This document shows positions 26,312-40,400 of a stretch of 64,000 nt of DNA, one piece after another (within the stretch, counting starts at the first letter, position 1; every line of letters begins with the position of its first letter). The notes under the pieces were generated by a model. It worked only from the letters and a program-made list of their open reading frames with translations. It searched no databases and was not told where the DNA came from. This DNA is from Isurus oxyrinchus (Eukaryota). The translations under genes were made by a program, and so were the position numbers. Location of the stretch: assembly GCA_026770705.1 (NCBI GenBank), contig JANJGN010000021.1, forward strand, positions 89,032,001-89,096,000. The letters run 5' to 3'.

Positions 26312-26859
26312 CACAGGTGCTGCTAGATCTGCTGGTTCCAGCATTTCTGTTTTTGCTCCTATTCAATCCTCCCAGCATTGGTTGAACACAAGATTAAAGA
26401 TTCCTCCACATTGTCCCAAAAACGAGCACAACCTCCAAAGCCAAGGTTGCTGCATGTTTCTGTCATTTCACAGGTAATCTGCACCAGGTCTGTAACACAG
26501 CCCAAGGAGACAGCCCAACATCGACAAGCTATCAGATCCCAGAGGACAAAGACAAATGAATGGAAGCAGGAGACGTTTTGAACTGCCTGGAAGAGAGAAA
26601 TCGGATACAGAGGGTGCGTGTAGGTGAGAGGTTCATATATTTATTCTTACAACACAGAAAGTTACATCACACAAGCAACAATAGTTATTTGTATTTATGG
26701 GGCATCTTTTATGTGGAAAAATATCCCAAGGCACTTCACAGGATATCTGCAAATAGAATTTAACACCAAGACATGAGGAAAGGGAAAACAGCAAAATGAT
26801 TGTTTTCATTTGGCTCCATCTGTGAGAAATGATGGGAAAGCAGGACTTTGTTGGGGCCA

Positions 26860-27340
26860 GATGAGATCTTCTGCTGTTCTTCTTTTGATGTCTGAACAAG
26901 CCAAGGTAAAGTCTGCCTCGAGGGCCACTCATGAAGCTGCATCTTGTTGATGGTGCGGTGCGGGGTGGTGTCTGCTGTTGCTTTGTTTCAGGGCCGTCTT
27001 CTGCTTTGCAACTTCTGAAACTACATGTCATCATGGTGACAAATCCCTACCACAGCTGCTGTTGTCATTTGCACTGATAGTCAGCTAGAGTTTCCCACTT
27101 TGTCATTTGCACTGATAGTCAGCTACAGTTTCCCACTTACCATAAATGATGGATGTGGAGGGCTTTCCTGTCTCTTTTGACAACATCCTTGAATGGGAGT
27201 TCTGGACACCTAGCTGGTCTCTTGGAATGGGTTAGCTCCCTGTACAACATATCCTTGGTGATATGGCCATCTTCTATCCTGTGCCCAAGCCAATAAAGTC
27301 TTCTTTGCTTGAATAGCTCTATATATTTGAACGGACTTGG
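26860..27340 (-). mobile_element. RTE-clade LINE C-terminal fragment
   Basis: QRRLYWLGH..EDGHITKDMLYREL..KRP..C.EL.FKDVVKRD resembles the RTE ORF C-terminus; internal 38-bp tandem duplication at 27062-27137. Confidence 0.75.
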
Positions 27341-28039
27341 TGACTTTCCCTTTCCATGTGATGGTGAGATAGCATCAGACACTGGACATGTAAAAGAAAA
27401 CTTTCATTCACAGCATGTGGGCATCGCTGGCAAAGCCAGCATTTGTTGACTATTCTTAATTGCCCTTGAACTGAGTAGCTTGCTAGGCCATTTCAAAGGG
27501 CAGGTAAAAGTCAACCACATTGCTGTGGGGCCACATTCAGGCCACAGTGAGCCAGATTTTAAGCGGTGGTGCTGCGAGGAGAGGAGCATGCTTTCACTGA
27601 ACCCCAGCCAGCACTAAAAAGAGAAATGGAAATCTCATTCTACACCAGCTCCTCAATGGAGTCACCAATGCCATTTGGTTTCACTGCGTCGGAGGATGAC
27701 TGCTCAATGGCGTGCTGACGTCACTACGTATGTGCATGGTGACATCATTGATGCATATGCGGAAAGGTACTAGCAGGCTGGGTGTGGCAGGGTGACATCA
27801 TTGGCCTTCTGTGCATGCACAGACCAGTGTGCATGTGGAGGAGGATATCGACAACCATCTTGCCTGGCCATCTTGTGTTGGCAGGAGATACAATGCTCGA
27901 ACCCTTTGATTAACTAAAGTGTTGCTGTTTCCATGCACTTCAGAACAAAAGGAACATATGATAGAAGGAGGCCTTTCAAACCCACCCATCTTGCTCTGCC
28001 ACCATTCAAGTAGAGCACGGCTACTATGGATTTTAATTC

Positions 28040-28905
28040 TATTCACCAGACTTGGTTCCAGACACCTTTCATGTTGTTGCATAACAAAAGTCTATCAGTC
28101 TCGGATCAGATCACTGGGGTAAAGAATTCCAGATTTTTACTAAAGTTTGCATGAAGAATTGTTTCCTGACAGTACCTTAGAGCAGCCTAGCTCTAATTTT
28201 AAGTTACGGTCCCTTGCTTTGAACACACCCACACGACAAAATTGTTTCTCGATATCTATTATGTTAAATCCTTTTAGTCATCTTGAATGCTTAATTTAGA
28301 TCATCCATTAACATTCTGTACTTAAAATGAATATTAGCCTCGTCTTTATAACCTCTATTAACCTTTTAGCCCTTGTATCTGGTAAATACGTGCCTTACCC
28401 CTAACCAAGACCAGCGCCTCTTCCTGAGATGTGGTGCCTGGAACTGAATGCAGTTCTCCAGATGGGTTCTAACCAGACCTTTGCACAGCTGTAATGTAAA
28501 TTCCACCTTTTTGTCCTTCATCTCAAGAGGGCAGGAATACAATGTCTGGGCAATAAATACTGGTCTAGCCAGCAAAGCCCATATACTGTGAATGAATAGA
28601 ATTAAAAAAAAATTATATCAGTCATTTAACTTCATTTTTTTGAACTGTCCACTAGCTTTTAGTTTGGCTGTACTTGGACCCCTAAATCTCTCTGCTCATC
28701 CACACAAACTAGAATCTTGACATTTAGAAACACGTTGATCCATTTTTCTAAAGATCCAATACAGACAATTTCAAGCTCACACACATTGGACCCCATCTAC
28801 CACAGATCTGTCCCCTTATTTAACGCATCAATGTCACTTTGAAAGCCTTTGCTTGCATCTACACCATTTTCTGTGCCACCTGACCCACTGCCATCATCAA
28901 CAAAC
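28040..28905 (-). mobile_element. Degenerate CR1 LINE
   Basis: LCKGLVRTHLENCIQFQAPHLRK. Confidence 0.7.
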
Positions 28906-28918
28906 TTTGATCTAAAGC

Positions 28919-29577
28919 TAAAAGCAAAATACCGCAAATGCTGGAAATCAGAAATAAAAACAGGAAATGCAGGGAGAACTCAGCTGGTCTGGCAGTGTCT
29001 GCTTAGAGAGAAACAGAGTTAACATTTGAGTCTGTATGACTTCTTCAGAGCTAAAGAGAAGAGAAATGTGATGGAATTTATACAGTTTAAGATGGGGTGG
29101 AGCAGGTGATGTAAGACGGAAGGTCAAGGATAGCTGGGACTAAGGAGAGATTGACAAAGATGTTGTAGACACAAGGCAAAGTGAGTGTTAATGGTAGTGG
29201 TGAAGACTAAAGTTGGTGCTAATAGTGGGATAAAGGTAAGATAGCAGAAGGTGTTCATAAAACATGAGTCACTCTGTGAAAGAACAACATAGAAACATGT
29301 GATAGATGACTCTGTGGTGGGGGTGGTCGGGTGGTGTTGAGGAAAAAAGATAAAATGAAATAAATAAAAATCGATGAAAAATAAAAATAAATTTAAAATA
29401 GGTATTTAAAAGAAGTAAAGATAGAGGAGAAAGTTCACAGTCTGAAATTGTTGAACTCAGCGTTAAGTCGAGAAGCCTGTGAAGTGCCTAATCGGAAGAT
29501 GAGGTGCTGTTCCTCCAGTTTGCGTTGGGCTTCACTGCAACATTGCAGCAGGCCAAGGACGGACATGTGGGCATGAA
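28919..29577 (-). mobile_element. PLE 3' fragment of a different subfamily (end of EN + 3' UTR, CTGAAGA hammerhead remnant)
   Basis: EAQRKLEEQHLIFRLGT; TSD atctaaagc at 28910-28918 and 29578-29586. Confidence 0.85.
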
Positions 29578-29908
29578 ATCTAAAGCCCCCATTGGACCTA
29601 AAGCTCTCAGTAGATGGCCTTACTGAATGAATGAAGGGAAAAGCCGAGGTCACAGTAGAGACCCCTGAGTGGGGAGGGGCAGGACATGGCAACCAGTAAC
29701 TACATCCTACCAATTTGAGTACATATCCATCATTATTCTCTGTCTCCTAACTAATACCCTACCCAGGTTCGCAAGGAGCCTCTATTCTTGAAAGCTGCGT
29801 TTAATTCAAGTACAGGTAGCCTCCCTGATTTTCAGAATGCGTACTGGACTTAGCACCTCTCTATAGCTACCAGAGTGTTGAGATTGTTGTAATTAGAGGT
29901 CACCTTAC

Positions 29909-30055
29909 TGTCAGCTGCTTAGAGCAGGCAAATTGTATTAACACCAGGACGCCTGCTACAAGTGCTGAGGATTGTAATATCTTTGCCAAAACAGCTGTCT
30001 CCTTTGGCCAGTGGTAGAGAACACACCAATACTGTTGAAGGCCCCAGTTTATAGC
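29909..30055 (-). CDS. Candidate downstream exon of the - strand Ig gene (frame unresolved)
   Basis: ttcctcag acceptor, ACA|GTAAGG donor, 147 nt open in phase 0 with hydrophobic end; linkage to upstream exons not established. Confidence 0.3.
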
Positions 30056-33000
30056 CTGAGGAAATGTGAAAAGTGGAATCAAACCAATGACCCTGCACTG
30101 TTAAAACCCTACAATACAATGCCTAATAGTTGGCACTTAACAAAAAGAAAAAGCGACAGAAATAAAGAACTTACTTTTATACAGGTAATTTCACATCCTC
30201 ACGCATGGCACAAACCACTGAAGTACTTCTGAAGTGCAATCACTGTCAGAGGGAACTGCATAGATCTGCACACAGCAGGATCCCACAAACAGGAAATGAG
30301 AAAATTGATGGTTCTCATGGCACTGACTGGCCAGGGCATAAGGAGAACCACATGAGGAGAGCTTTCATTTTGATTAATCTCCACAAGATCTTTTCTATCC
30401 ACCTAAACAGGTACATGGAGCCTCAGATTAACATCTTGTCCAAAGAGAAAATCTTCTCACAATGCTGCACACTCTCAGTACTGAAATCAAGTTTCATCCT
30501 GGAATACATGCTAACGCGCTGTAGCGGGCCTTAAACTGAGCATTATCTGAGCATTTTCCTCTTTGGTGTTCATTGCAAGAGCTGGGCTGCTGGGAAATGG
30601 GGTGCAGCTTGTGCTCGATTTTGTACCAGGGCCTCCATGTTTTCCAACATTAAGCCAAATCTGGCCCCTGAAGATTTTACATTCCTGTGCAAATTATTCG
30701 AGTTTTTGTTATACTGGAGCAGGCCCAATGACCATATGGTTTACTCCTATCTTTATTTCTTGTATTCTTTACATTAGCTGTGCAGGCAGCTGTTTACTGT
30801 AAATGCATTGCTTTTGAAATATCTGTTCACATACCAAATACATATGACATTTGGAATGGGAAAATTCTAAGGATAGATTAAAGGGACCACCTAGTTTAGA
30901 TCATTAGACATAGATGATAGTATTATTGTGATTAAACAGACAATCCTCACTACGGTGAGCTCTGTGAAGAGATTCTCCTCTTTCACAAGGGAACCAGGAA
31001 TATAATAAATGTGACATAAATTAACGCTGCAACAATATTCAATTGATTGAAGGCAATAAAATAATTATATTGAGACAAACAGGTTTTCCTTGAATGGAGT
31101 GTGATAGTGAAAATCACACTGATAATAGTTACTCTTATCCAACTGCTGGCTGTATGGGGAATTCAACGCTGATAAAATTAATCAATGGACATAAATTTAG
31201 ATCAGAATGGAGGCCATCAGAAACCTCCCCATCCGTGGAAAGGCTGCCTCCCTTCAGAATAGAATTTTACAGCTCATGAAAGCCCCTCTTTTCTGCTTTA
31301 TAAACTGGTTGACTAAGTATCTACAGTGTGCGCCAGCTCAACATCATCTGAAGCAGCATTCTAGACTTTTCAATTACTTCAGTTATATTAGTGTGGAATT
31401 GTCCTCTTGTCCAAGTTAAAAAGTTGTGGCTTCAATCCCATTCCAGAGATTTGAGCACATAATCCAGGCTGACATTCGCAGTGCAGTTCTGACACTCCCA
31501 GGGCAGTTCTGAGGGAGTGCTGCACTTTCAGACCTCACCCTTGAACTTCCAATGTTGCATCTAATGGCCAAAAATCTTTGATTAATACCCAATAGAAGGA
31601 AACCTCTGTTATTATTTTAAATTTAAATGAATATTGCACATTATGTTGATGAACGTAGATGATCCTACACAGCAGTACTTTGAACAAAATTAAGGAAGTG
31701 CTCCTGTATCTGACACCAGGCCTCTATGTGCAATTAGGTGTCAGTCTTGGCTCTGCGCACAGCACTGAGGATGTGGGCAGTGAGAACAAGGCCAGCATTT
31801 ATTACCCATCCCAAGATGCCCTTGACAAGGTGGGTGGTGGGTCTGCTTATTGAACCGGTGCAGTCCATAGGGTGAAGCGCTAGATAGAAGTAACTAATAC
31901 TGTGTGGTTAGCTAGGCAGTTCCAGGTTTTTGACTGCATGATGAAGGAATGGCAATACATTTCCAAGCCAGGACATTATATGACTTGAAGGGGAATTAGG
32001 AGGTTTTGGTTTTCTGATGCACTTGCTGCTCTTGATGTTCTGGGTGGTGACGATCATGGGTTTGTTAAGAAGCCATGGCAGGTTTCTGCAGCGCATCCTC
32101 TAAATGTGGAAACACTCCCAGCTGCAAAGACAGGTAAAAGATGGAATGAGCAGAGTTGAGGGAGGAGCAGTGCGCTATGCAAAGGTGCCCTTACACCTGT
32201 AGCTTAAACTTATAGATTGAGTCAAATGTGCCCAATATGAGAAGCATGTGGTCTGAAGCAGTGGAGATGAGCACACTAGGGTAGAGAGAAAGACAAAGGG
32301 AAGTCAGATTGCTGATGTCGAATCTCTCTGACCTGCAGAATTTCTCTTACAGAAGAGTGTTAAACCAAGGCCCTGGCTGCTCTATTAGCTGGATTAAGAG
32401 ATGCAGCTTAATTTTTTCAAAGAAGTGCAGCGGCGTACCTCTCTGGTGCCTTGTCAATATTCATTCCTCAACCAACACACAAACCAGATCAATTCATCAT
32501 CATCTCACTCAGGTTTGAGGGATCTTGTGTGCAAATTAACCACTAACTCACCAAATATGATTCAAGAGTTTAACTGATTCGCCAAACATAAGGACAGAGC
32601 TTAACTACATAACCAAATACTCAGCACACACAAGGAGAGAGTTTAACTGGATCATCAATACCACACCAGACAGTACATAACAGGATCATCAAATATGAGA
32701 ACAAGCTTTATTTACAGACATTGCGTGGAATTTTAGGGCCGTATTGGCATGGACAGTGCTGTAAAATGCGGTGAGCTATTAAAAGTCCATTGACTTCAGC
32801 AGGGCTGTAAAATCAACCTGGCTAAAATTCCGCCCATAGTAACCCTCGCGAATATACTTCAAACGATCCAATTGCTGCATAAAATTAAGCCTCATGAACA
32901 GTCTCGCAAGAGGGCTCCAAAATATCCAGACTTATTAAAGCTATTCAGAATCATAGCATTTTGTAGATTGCCGGGCTCTGCTCCTCCCCAGATAGATCAT

Positions 33001-35434
33001 GGTAAACAAAAAAAAGAGAGAGGTGATAGTGTAGTGGTATTGTCACTGGCCTAGTAATCCAGAGACCCAGGTTCAAATCCCACCATAGCAAATGGTGGAA
33101 TTTGAGTTCAATGAAAATCGGGAATTATAAGTCTGATAATGACCATGAAACCATTGCTTTGTTGTAAAAGGCCATCTGGTTCACTAATGGAAGGAAATCT
33201 GCTGGCCATCATGAAACAGGAACAAAGAGTCTGATGTTTATAGATGATGTTGTTTGGATACACCATGAAAGCATGATGCATTGAACAGAAACTGGGAATC
33301 ATGTGTCTGAGATTCATTTCAGCTTTTAAGATCAGGTTTTACAGTACAAGCTGAATTCAGGCAAGTTTACTTTGAAGCTGTAGCCAGGTTGCAAGAATAG
33401 ACTGGGTGCACTGGGCCCAGCCTCTGTAATACACAGAGGGCTTGGGTTTTCATGTTGCCTATCATGTCAGAACGGAGATTTGGATGGTGGAGGGGGTTTA
33501 AAAATGCTGGGCAGGACAGGATTCTGGGACCCAAGTTCCCTTGCATTCTGAAATGGTGGAAGGCAAGTAGCAAGCCTGCATCATGCACTCCTGAACAGGC
33601 CAGCTCCGTTGCAGGGGTAAGCAATGGAGCTTATTCTAGGAACCTTGAAACCATTGTTGATTGTTGTAAAAACTAATGTCCTTTAGGGAAGGAAATCTGC
33701 TGTCCTTATTTAGCTTACATGAGACTTCAGCTCCACAATAATGTGGTTGACTCTTAAATGCCCTCTGGACAAGGGCAATTAGGGATGGACAATAAATGCT
33801 GGCCTAGCCAGTGATGCCCACATCCCATGAATGAATAATAAAAAAAACACCTTGGCACTCATCTGCCCCATGGTCCACTCTACTTTATCACCCCCACCTT
33901 CCCAGAGTCCTTTACACTGAAGTGAATCCACCGAGCCAGGAAATTTTCCCGACTCCAACCATCTCCCTCAATAGCGAAAATCAGGCCCAGGGTGCTTAAT
34001 GCCAGCTCCCATGGTTGTTGACTGCTGTAGTTTAATGTGGCACAGGGTAAGTGTAACAGCCATAGCCCCAAGTACCATACGTTAACTGTCTCTCTCGGTA
34101 ATTACTGTCTAAGACATAATTGGCCTATGGAACACATTAAAGCTGCTTCCTCATTAACAGGGTGCACAATCCTTGTTACAGCAACAGTTAAGGAGCTGGG
34201 TCAAGTCTTGTGTTGTCAGTTATTTTTCTATTATTGAAGTCTTAGACTTTTGTGACATCCTTCCATTTTTGTGATCATGATCCAAAGGTAATAATTAAAA
34301 ACAGAACGGTGTTTGTAAATGCCAGAGATTTTTATTTGCAGAATTATATATTATGGTGCAGAACCATGTAATTTGGCTGGCTGAGTTATAGATTCTTTTA
34401 AGTTGGCCCTCTTATGTGCTGTTCAAAACACAGTAATTATGGAAAATAATCCCTCCAGTGATCTTCAGAAGCTATAATTGGAAGCACGAGGTGGATTCCA
34501 CTGCCTCCAGTTGCAATTTTACTGAAATCTCATGAGGATCCTCAAATATTTCATCTAACTCTGTTAGCATAACTTCACTTTATTTCTCCATCATGAATTA
34601 TGACTGTGATCTGGAATGCACTGCATGCAAGAATGGTGAGAAAAGAGGCAATAGCAACAACCAGAAGGGATTTGGACAAATATTTGAAAGTAACAAGGCC
34701 ATATGGAAAGAGCAGGGGAATGTGATTAATCAGAATAGTTCTACTCAATAGCCAGGGAGGTCTTGTGGCACAGTGTGTAGCATTCCTGCCTCTGAGACAG
34801 AAGCCCTAGGGTTGAGAGAGTCCCACCCCAGGACTTGGTGGCCAAGGAAGGTATGTTCATAATGCGGCCAAACAGATTGGAAGGATTTGCAGGTTGATAT
34901 CCAACACACACCAATGGCTAACAGCAAGAGTGGGAGAGATTCCTGGTCAGCCATGCGATGGAAAGGAAGTTGGAGCCTCTACCATCACTATCCACAGCTC
35001 CAGACTACAACCTGCATGTAAAAGTGCATGTTTCCACAGCAGCTCAGATTTCACTGAGTGAACTGTAATACATCACCACACCAAAGAACCAGTATAGACA
35101 CGATGGACTGAATGGTCTCCTTCGGCACTGTGCCATATCATTCCACTGTGGTGGAAGTGTGGATCCTTCACACGTGCAGGGACAAGAGACAGGGTTTTTT
35201 TAAAAAAGCATTTTCAGATGCAGAAATACTTCTGTGAAGTAATCAGACCCGTTTGGGATTAAATAAACTTCATTACTGGTTTATACGCTACCTTCAACCT
35301 GTATTATTTTGTTTGAAAAAAAACATTTGACTTTTCCATCAAAACTCTTGGATTTTTAAAGGTTTGCCATTTATTATCTTTGCCACTTGGTTTGAGATAG
35401 TGTAGTTGGCAAGTGGGTATCACTGAATACTCAC

Positions 35435-35512
35435 CATACACGAGAACAAAGAGCACTGGCACATTCAGACCAACAGCCAGAATTAATCCATGTCGCCCTC
35501 TGGGTTCACGAT
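35435..35512 (-). CDS. Hydrophobic (TM or GPI-signal) exon: DREPRGRHGLILAVGLNVPVLFVLVY
   Basis: ttttttcttttag acceptor, G|GTGAGT donor, phase 1-1, in frame with the C2 exon. Confidence 0.78.
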
Positions 35513-36450
35513 CTAAAAGAAAAAATGAAATGAATCATCTTTGACTAACCCTCGTCAGTGTCGGTTCACTTCCCAATCCGGAGTCAAACACAAAATCTAG
35601 GTCAACATATTAGCATCTTAAACATAGCATCTCCAATGATGTAGCACTCCCTTACACTGCATGAGTGTGTTTAACACCTTGCCTCCACAAAGGCAATTAT
35701 CTTACAACATCAATTTGATGAAAAGCAGGGGAATTCTTTTGGTCAATATTTATGTCTCAGCCAATATCAATAAAGATTTTCTGATCATTGCAGTTTGTGG
35801 GACCTTACAATTTGTAAATTTGCTGGGGGTGTTTCCTACATTACAACAGTGAATACACATCGAAGACTGCTGTAAAGACTTACGGGGCATCCTGACGTTA
35901 TGAAAGGCATCACAGTTGTGGAAGTACCTGAGGGTTTGTGTTGTCTATGAAATGCTACAGTAGCATCGATTAGGCAAGGAAGAAAATAGACAATTCCTCA
36001 AATCATGTGTCGACTAATGAAATTGTGAGGGAGAAACTGGGTTTCAAAACATATTAAAAAAGGGAAGAACAGGCCACCAAGACAAGGTTAACATCTTGTT
36101 CCTGAATGTAAACAAGGTACAGAACCTTGATTTGACTAGAGTTAGAACACATGTTCTTCAGAATATATAAAATATATTTATCGGGATGGAAGGCCATAAC
36201 GTATCAGGAAAGATTATACATGTTGGGGCTCTGTTCTCTATAAAAATAGACTGAGAAATGACCTGGAGGTTTTTTAAGATTATGAAAAGGTTAAACAGGG
36301 TAGATGTAGAGATGTCTCCACTTGGAAGTGAGATCAGAACTCAACGCCATAAATATAGTCATAAATTAAGTTGAAAATTCAGGAAAAAGGTCTCTACCCA
36401 GAGAAAGGCTTGATTGTGAAATGTACAACCCCTGGAATGGTTGAGATGAA

Positions 36451-36562
36451 GAGTATATTTATCCTCCCCTTAAATGCATCTAAACACATGAGGGAGAATG
36501 GAATAGAATATACAGTGGTGAGGTTGGTGTGGAGTTAGTGTGGAACATAAACCCCAGCATGG
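36451..36562. repeat. 112-bp inverted repeat arm 1 (CR1 3' UTR-derived)
   Basis: Reverse complement of 37211-37322 with one mismatch seen. Confidence 0.95.
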
Positions 36563-36631
36563 ACATTCTGAGCCAAATAGCCTGTTTCTATGTAATTCTA
36601 GATTATGAAATTAGATGCTACCCTGACTTAC

Positions 36632-36901
36632 CCTTGATGGACAGCTGATAGCTGTTGCTCTCTCGACTGACTGGGTTTTCGATAGTGCAGTTATAATAAC
36701 CAGAGTCTGATTCCTCTACATTCCTAATGGTTAAAGTACTGTTGTCTGCGGAGAGAAAATAACGCTCGTCATCTGGGAGTGTGAGCCCTCCTCTGATCCA
36801 CCAAATGGAACTGGCTGTCCCGCTCTGCACTGTACAGCTCAGAATAATCATGTTCTTCTCAAGGCTGTCATTTCTGGTGATTTGGGGTGTGGAGAGGGGA
36901 T
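36632..36901 (-). CDS. C2-type Ig domain exon (SLAM/CEACAM/HEPACAM-like)
   Basis: tctttctccag acceptor, G|GTAAGT donor, 270 nt, phase 1-1; IILSCTV, WW, LSADNSTLTIRNVEESDSGYYNCTIENPVS. Confidence 0.93.
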
Positions 36902-37210
36902 CTGGAGAAAGACACAAATAGAGGGTATGTCACTTAATTAACAAATTCATCAATTTGCAGTTATACAGCATCTTTCACAAACTCAGGAGGTGCCAAAGTG
37001 TGTTAAACCCAATGAAATACACTTGAGTCGAGGGAACTGTGGCACAGGCATAACATTACTACAGCAGTAACACAAAGGCCCAGACTGATGAGCTCAAACA
37101 TCACCATGGCAGCACCTGTCTCAACAATGGTGACCATGAAACTACCAGATTGTCATTAAAAACCATTCTGATTCACTGATGTCCTTTAGGGGACAAAATC
37201 TGCCTTCTTA

Positions 37211-37322
37211 CCATGCTGGGGTTTATGTTCCACACTAACTCCACACCAACCTCACCACTGTATATTCTATTCCATTCTCCCTCATGTGTTTAGACGCATT
37301 TAAGGGGAGGATAAATATACTC
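37211..37322. repeat. 112-bp inverted repeat arm 2, inserted within a SINE-like repeat
   Basis: Interrupts the SINE motif ...ctgcc..cttacc|tggc.tacatgtgactccag. Confidence 0.95.
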
Positions 37323-37491
37323 TGGCGTACATGTGACTCCAGGCCCACAGCAACATGACTGACTCTTAAATGCCCCCAGAAATGGGCTAGCAAGCTAATT
37401 ATACCATCTGCTACAGAAAAGTCAAAGGAGAATAAACCCAAACAGATCGCAGGACATACCTCGGCACAAGAAACAACAATGGCACACCTCA

Positions 37492-40400
37492 GATAAAAGC
37501 AAAAAACTGTGGATGCTGGAAATCCAAAACAAAAACAAAAATACCTGGAAAAACTCAGCAGGTCTGGCAGCATCTGCGGAGAGGAACACAGTTAACGTTT
37601 GGAGACCGAATGACCCTTAAACAAAACTAAGTAAAAATAGAAGAGAGGTGAAATATAAGCTGGTTTAGTGGGGGGGGAGGGGGGGGGGGGGGGGGGGGGG
37701 TGGGGGCGGGGGGGCTGGGGGTGTAGTGGGGGGTGGGACAAGCAGTGCTGGATAGAGGGCCAGTGATAGGTGGAGATAGCCAAAAGATGTCACAGACAAA
37801 AGGACAAAGTTGTTGAAGGTGGTGATATTATCTAAGGAATGTGCTAATTAAGGGTAGAAAGCAGGACAAGCAAGGTACAGATAGTCCTAGTGGGGGTGGG
37901 GTGAAGGAATCAAAAAAGGCTAAAAGGTAGAGATAAAACAATGGATGGAAATACATTTAAAAATAATGGAAGTAGGTAGGAAAAGAAAAATCTATAAAAA
38001 TTATTGGAAAAAAATGGGGGGGGAAATCTGAAAGGGAGTGGGGATGGAGGAGAGAGTTCATGATCTAAAATTGTTGAACTCAATATTCAGTCCGGAAAGC
38101 TGTAAAGTGCCTAGTCGGAAGATGAGGTGCTGTTCCTCCAGTTTGCATTGAGCTTCACTGGAATAATGAAGCAGGTCAAGGACGGACATGTGGGCATGAG
38201 AGCAGGGTGGATGTTGAAATGGCAAGCGACAGGGAGGTCTGGGTAATGCTTGCGGACAGACTGAAGGTGTTCTGCACAGCGGTCACCCAGTGTGTGTTTG
38301 GTCTCTCCAATGTAGAGGAAACTGCATTGGGAGCAATGAATGCAGTAGACTAAATTGAGGGAAGTGCCTGTGAAATGCTGCTTCACTTGAAAGGAGTGTT
38401 TGGGCCCTTGGACGGTGAGGAGAGGGGAAGTCAAGGGGCAGGTGTTGCACCTTCTGCAGTTGCATGGGAAGGTGCCGTGGAAGGGAATTGAGGTTAGGGG
38501 GTGATGGAGGAGTGGACCAGGGTGTCCTGGAGGGAATGATCCCTGCGGAATGCTGCCGGGGGGGTTGAAGGGAAGATGTGTTTGGTGGTGGCATCATGCT
38601 GCAGTTGGCGGAAATAGCGGAGGATGATCCTTTGAATGTGGAGGCTGGTGGGGTGATGAGTGAGGACAAGGGGGACCCTATCATGTTTCTGGGAGGGAGG
38701 AGAAGGTTTGAGGCCAGATGCGCGGGTGATGAGTCGGACACAGTTGAGTGCCCTGTCGACCAGTGTGTGTGGAAAACCTCGGTTAAGGAAGAAGGAGGAC
38801 ATGTCAGAGGAACTGTGTTTGAAAGTGGCATCATCAGAACAGATGCAGCGGAGTCGAAGGAACTGAGAGAATGGGATGGAGTCCTTACAGGAAGCGGGGT
38901 ATGAGGAGCTGTAGTCGAGGTAGCTGTGGGAGTTGGTAGGCTTATAATGGATATTGGTGGACAGTCTATCAGCGGAAATTGAGACAGAGAGGTCAAGGAA
39001 GGGAAGGGAAGTGTCAGAGATGGACCACGTGAAAATGATGGAGGGGTGGAAATTGGAAGCAAAATTAATAAATATTTCCAGGTCCAGACGAGAGCATGAA
39101 GCAGCACCAAATTAATCATCGATGTACCGGAGAAAGAGTTGTGGAAGGGGGCTGGAGTAGGAGTGGAACAAGGAATGTTCCACATACCCCATAAAGAGAC
39201 AGGCATAGCTGGGGCCCATATGGGTACCCATAGCTACACCTTTTATTTGAAGGAAGTGAGAGGAGTTTAAGGAGAAATTGTTCAGTGTGAGAACAAGTTC
39301 AGCCAGACGGAGGAGAGTAGTGGTGGATGGGGATTGTTCAGGCCTCTGTTCGAGGAAGAAGCTAAGGGCCATCAGACCATCCCGGTGGGGGATGGAGGTG
39401 TAGAGGGATTGGACCTCCATGGTGAAGAGGAAGCGGTTGGGGCCAGGGAACTGGAAATTGTTTATATGATGTAGGGTGTCAGAGGAATCACGGATGTGGT
39501 TGGGAAGTGACTGGACAAGGGGAGAGTGAATGGAGTCAAGATAGCAAGAAATGAGTTCCGTGGGGCAGGAACAGGCTGACATGATCGGTCTGCCGGGGGG
39601 TTCTTGTTTGTGGATTTTGGGTAGGAGGTAGAAGCGGGCTGTCTGAGGTTAGGAGAGTATCAGGTTGGAAACTGTGGAAGGAAGATCTCCAGAGGAGATG
39701 AGGTTAGTAACAGTCCTGGAAACAATGGCTTGATGTTCAGTGGTGGGATCATGGTCCAGGGTGAGGTAGGAGGAAAAGTCTGCGGGTTGACGCTCTATCC
39801 GCAGGATAGAGGTCAATGCACCAGACAACAGCACCACCCTTGTCAGTGGGTTTAATGACAATGTCAGGGTTGGACCTGAGAGAACGGAGTGCAGCAAGTT
39901 CAGAGAGAGACACTAAGATAAAAGCAAAAAACTGCGGATGCTGGAAATCCAAAACAAAAACAAAAATACCTGGAAAAAGTCAGCAGGTCTGGCAGCATCT
40001 GTGGAGGAGCACAGTTAACATTTTGAGTCCGAGTGACCCTTCAACAGAACTAAGTAAAAATAGAATGGAGGTAAAATATAAGCAGGTTTACGGGTGGGTG
40101 GGACAAGTACAGCTGGATAGAAGGCCAGTGATAGGCGGAGATAACCAAAAGATGGCACAGACAACAGCAGAAAGAGGTGTTGAAGGTGGTGATATTATCT
40201 AAGGAATGTGCTAATTAAGGGTAGAAAGCAGGACAATCAAGGTACAGATAGTCCTAGTGGGGGTGGGGTGAAGGAATCTAAAAAGGCTAAAAGGTAGAGA
40301 TAAAACAATGGATGAAAATACATTTAAAAATAATTGAAGTAGGCGGGAAAAGAAAAATCTATATAAATTATTGGGAAAAAAAGGTGGGGAAATCAGAAAG

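Noticed and set aside
31084-31173. Hydrophobic + strand peptide VFLEWSVIVKITLIIVTLIQLLAVWGIQR
   Set aside because: No polypyrimidine tract and no linked exons; expected by chance in AT-rich DNA
33020-33090. tRNA gene-like A/B boxes
   Set aside because: Head of a multi-copy SINE-like repeat; no cloverleaf
35415-35434. EYSVI as an ITIM/ITSM
   Set aside because: Only in the intron read-through frame, lacks the -2 consensus residue and abuts the membrane segment
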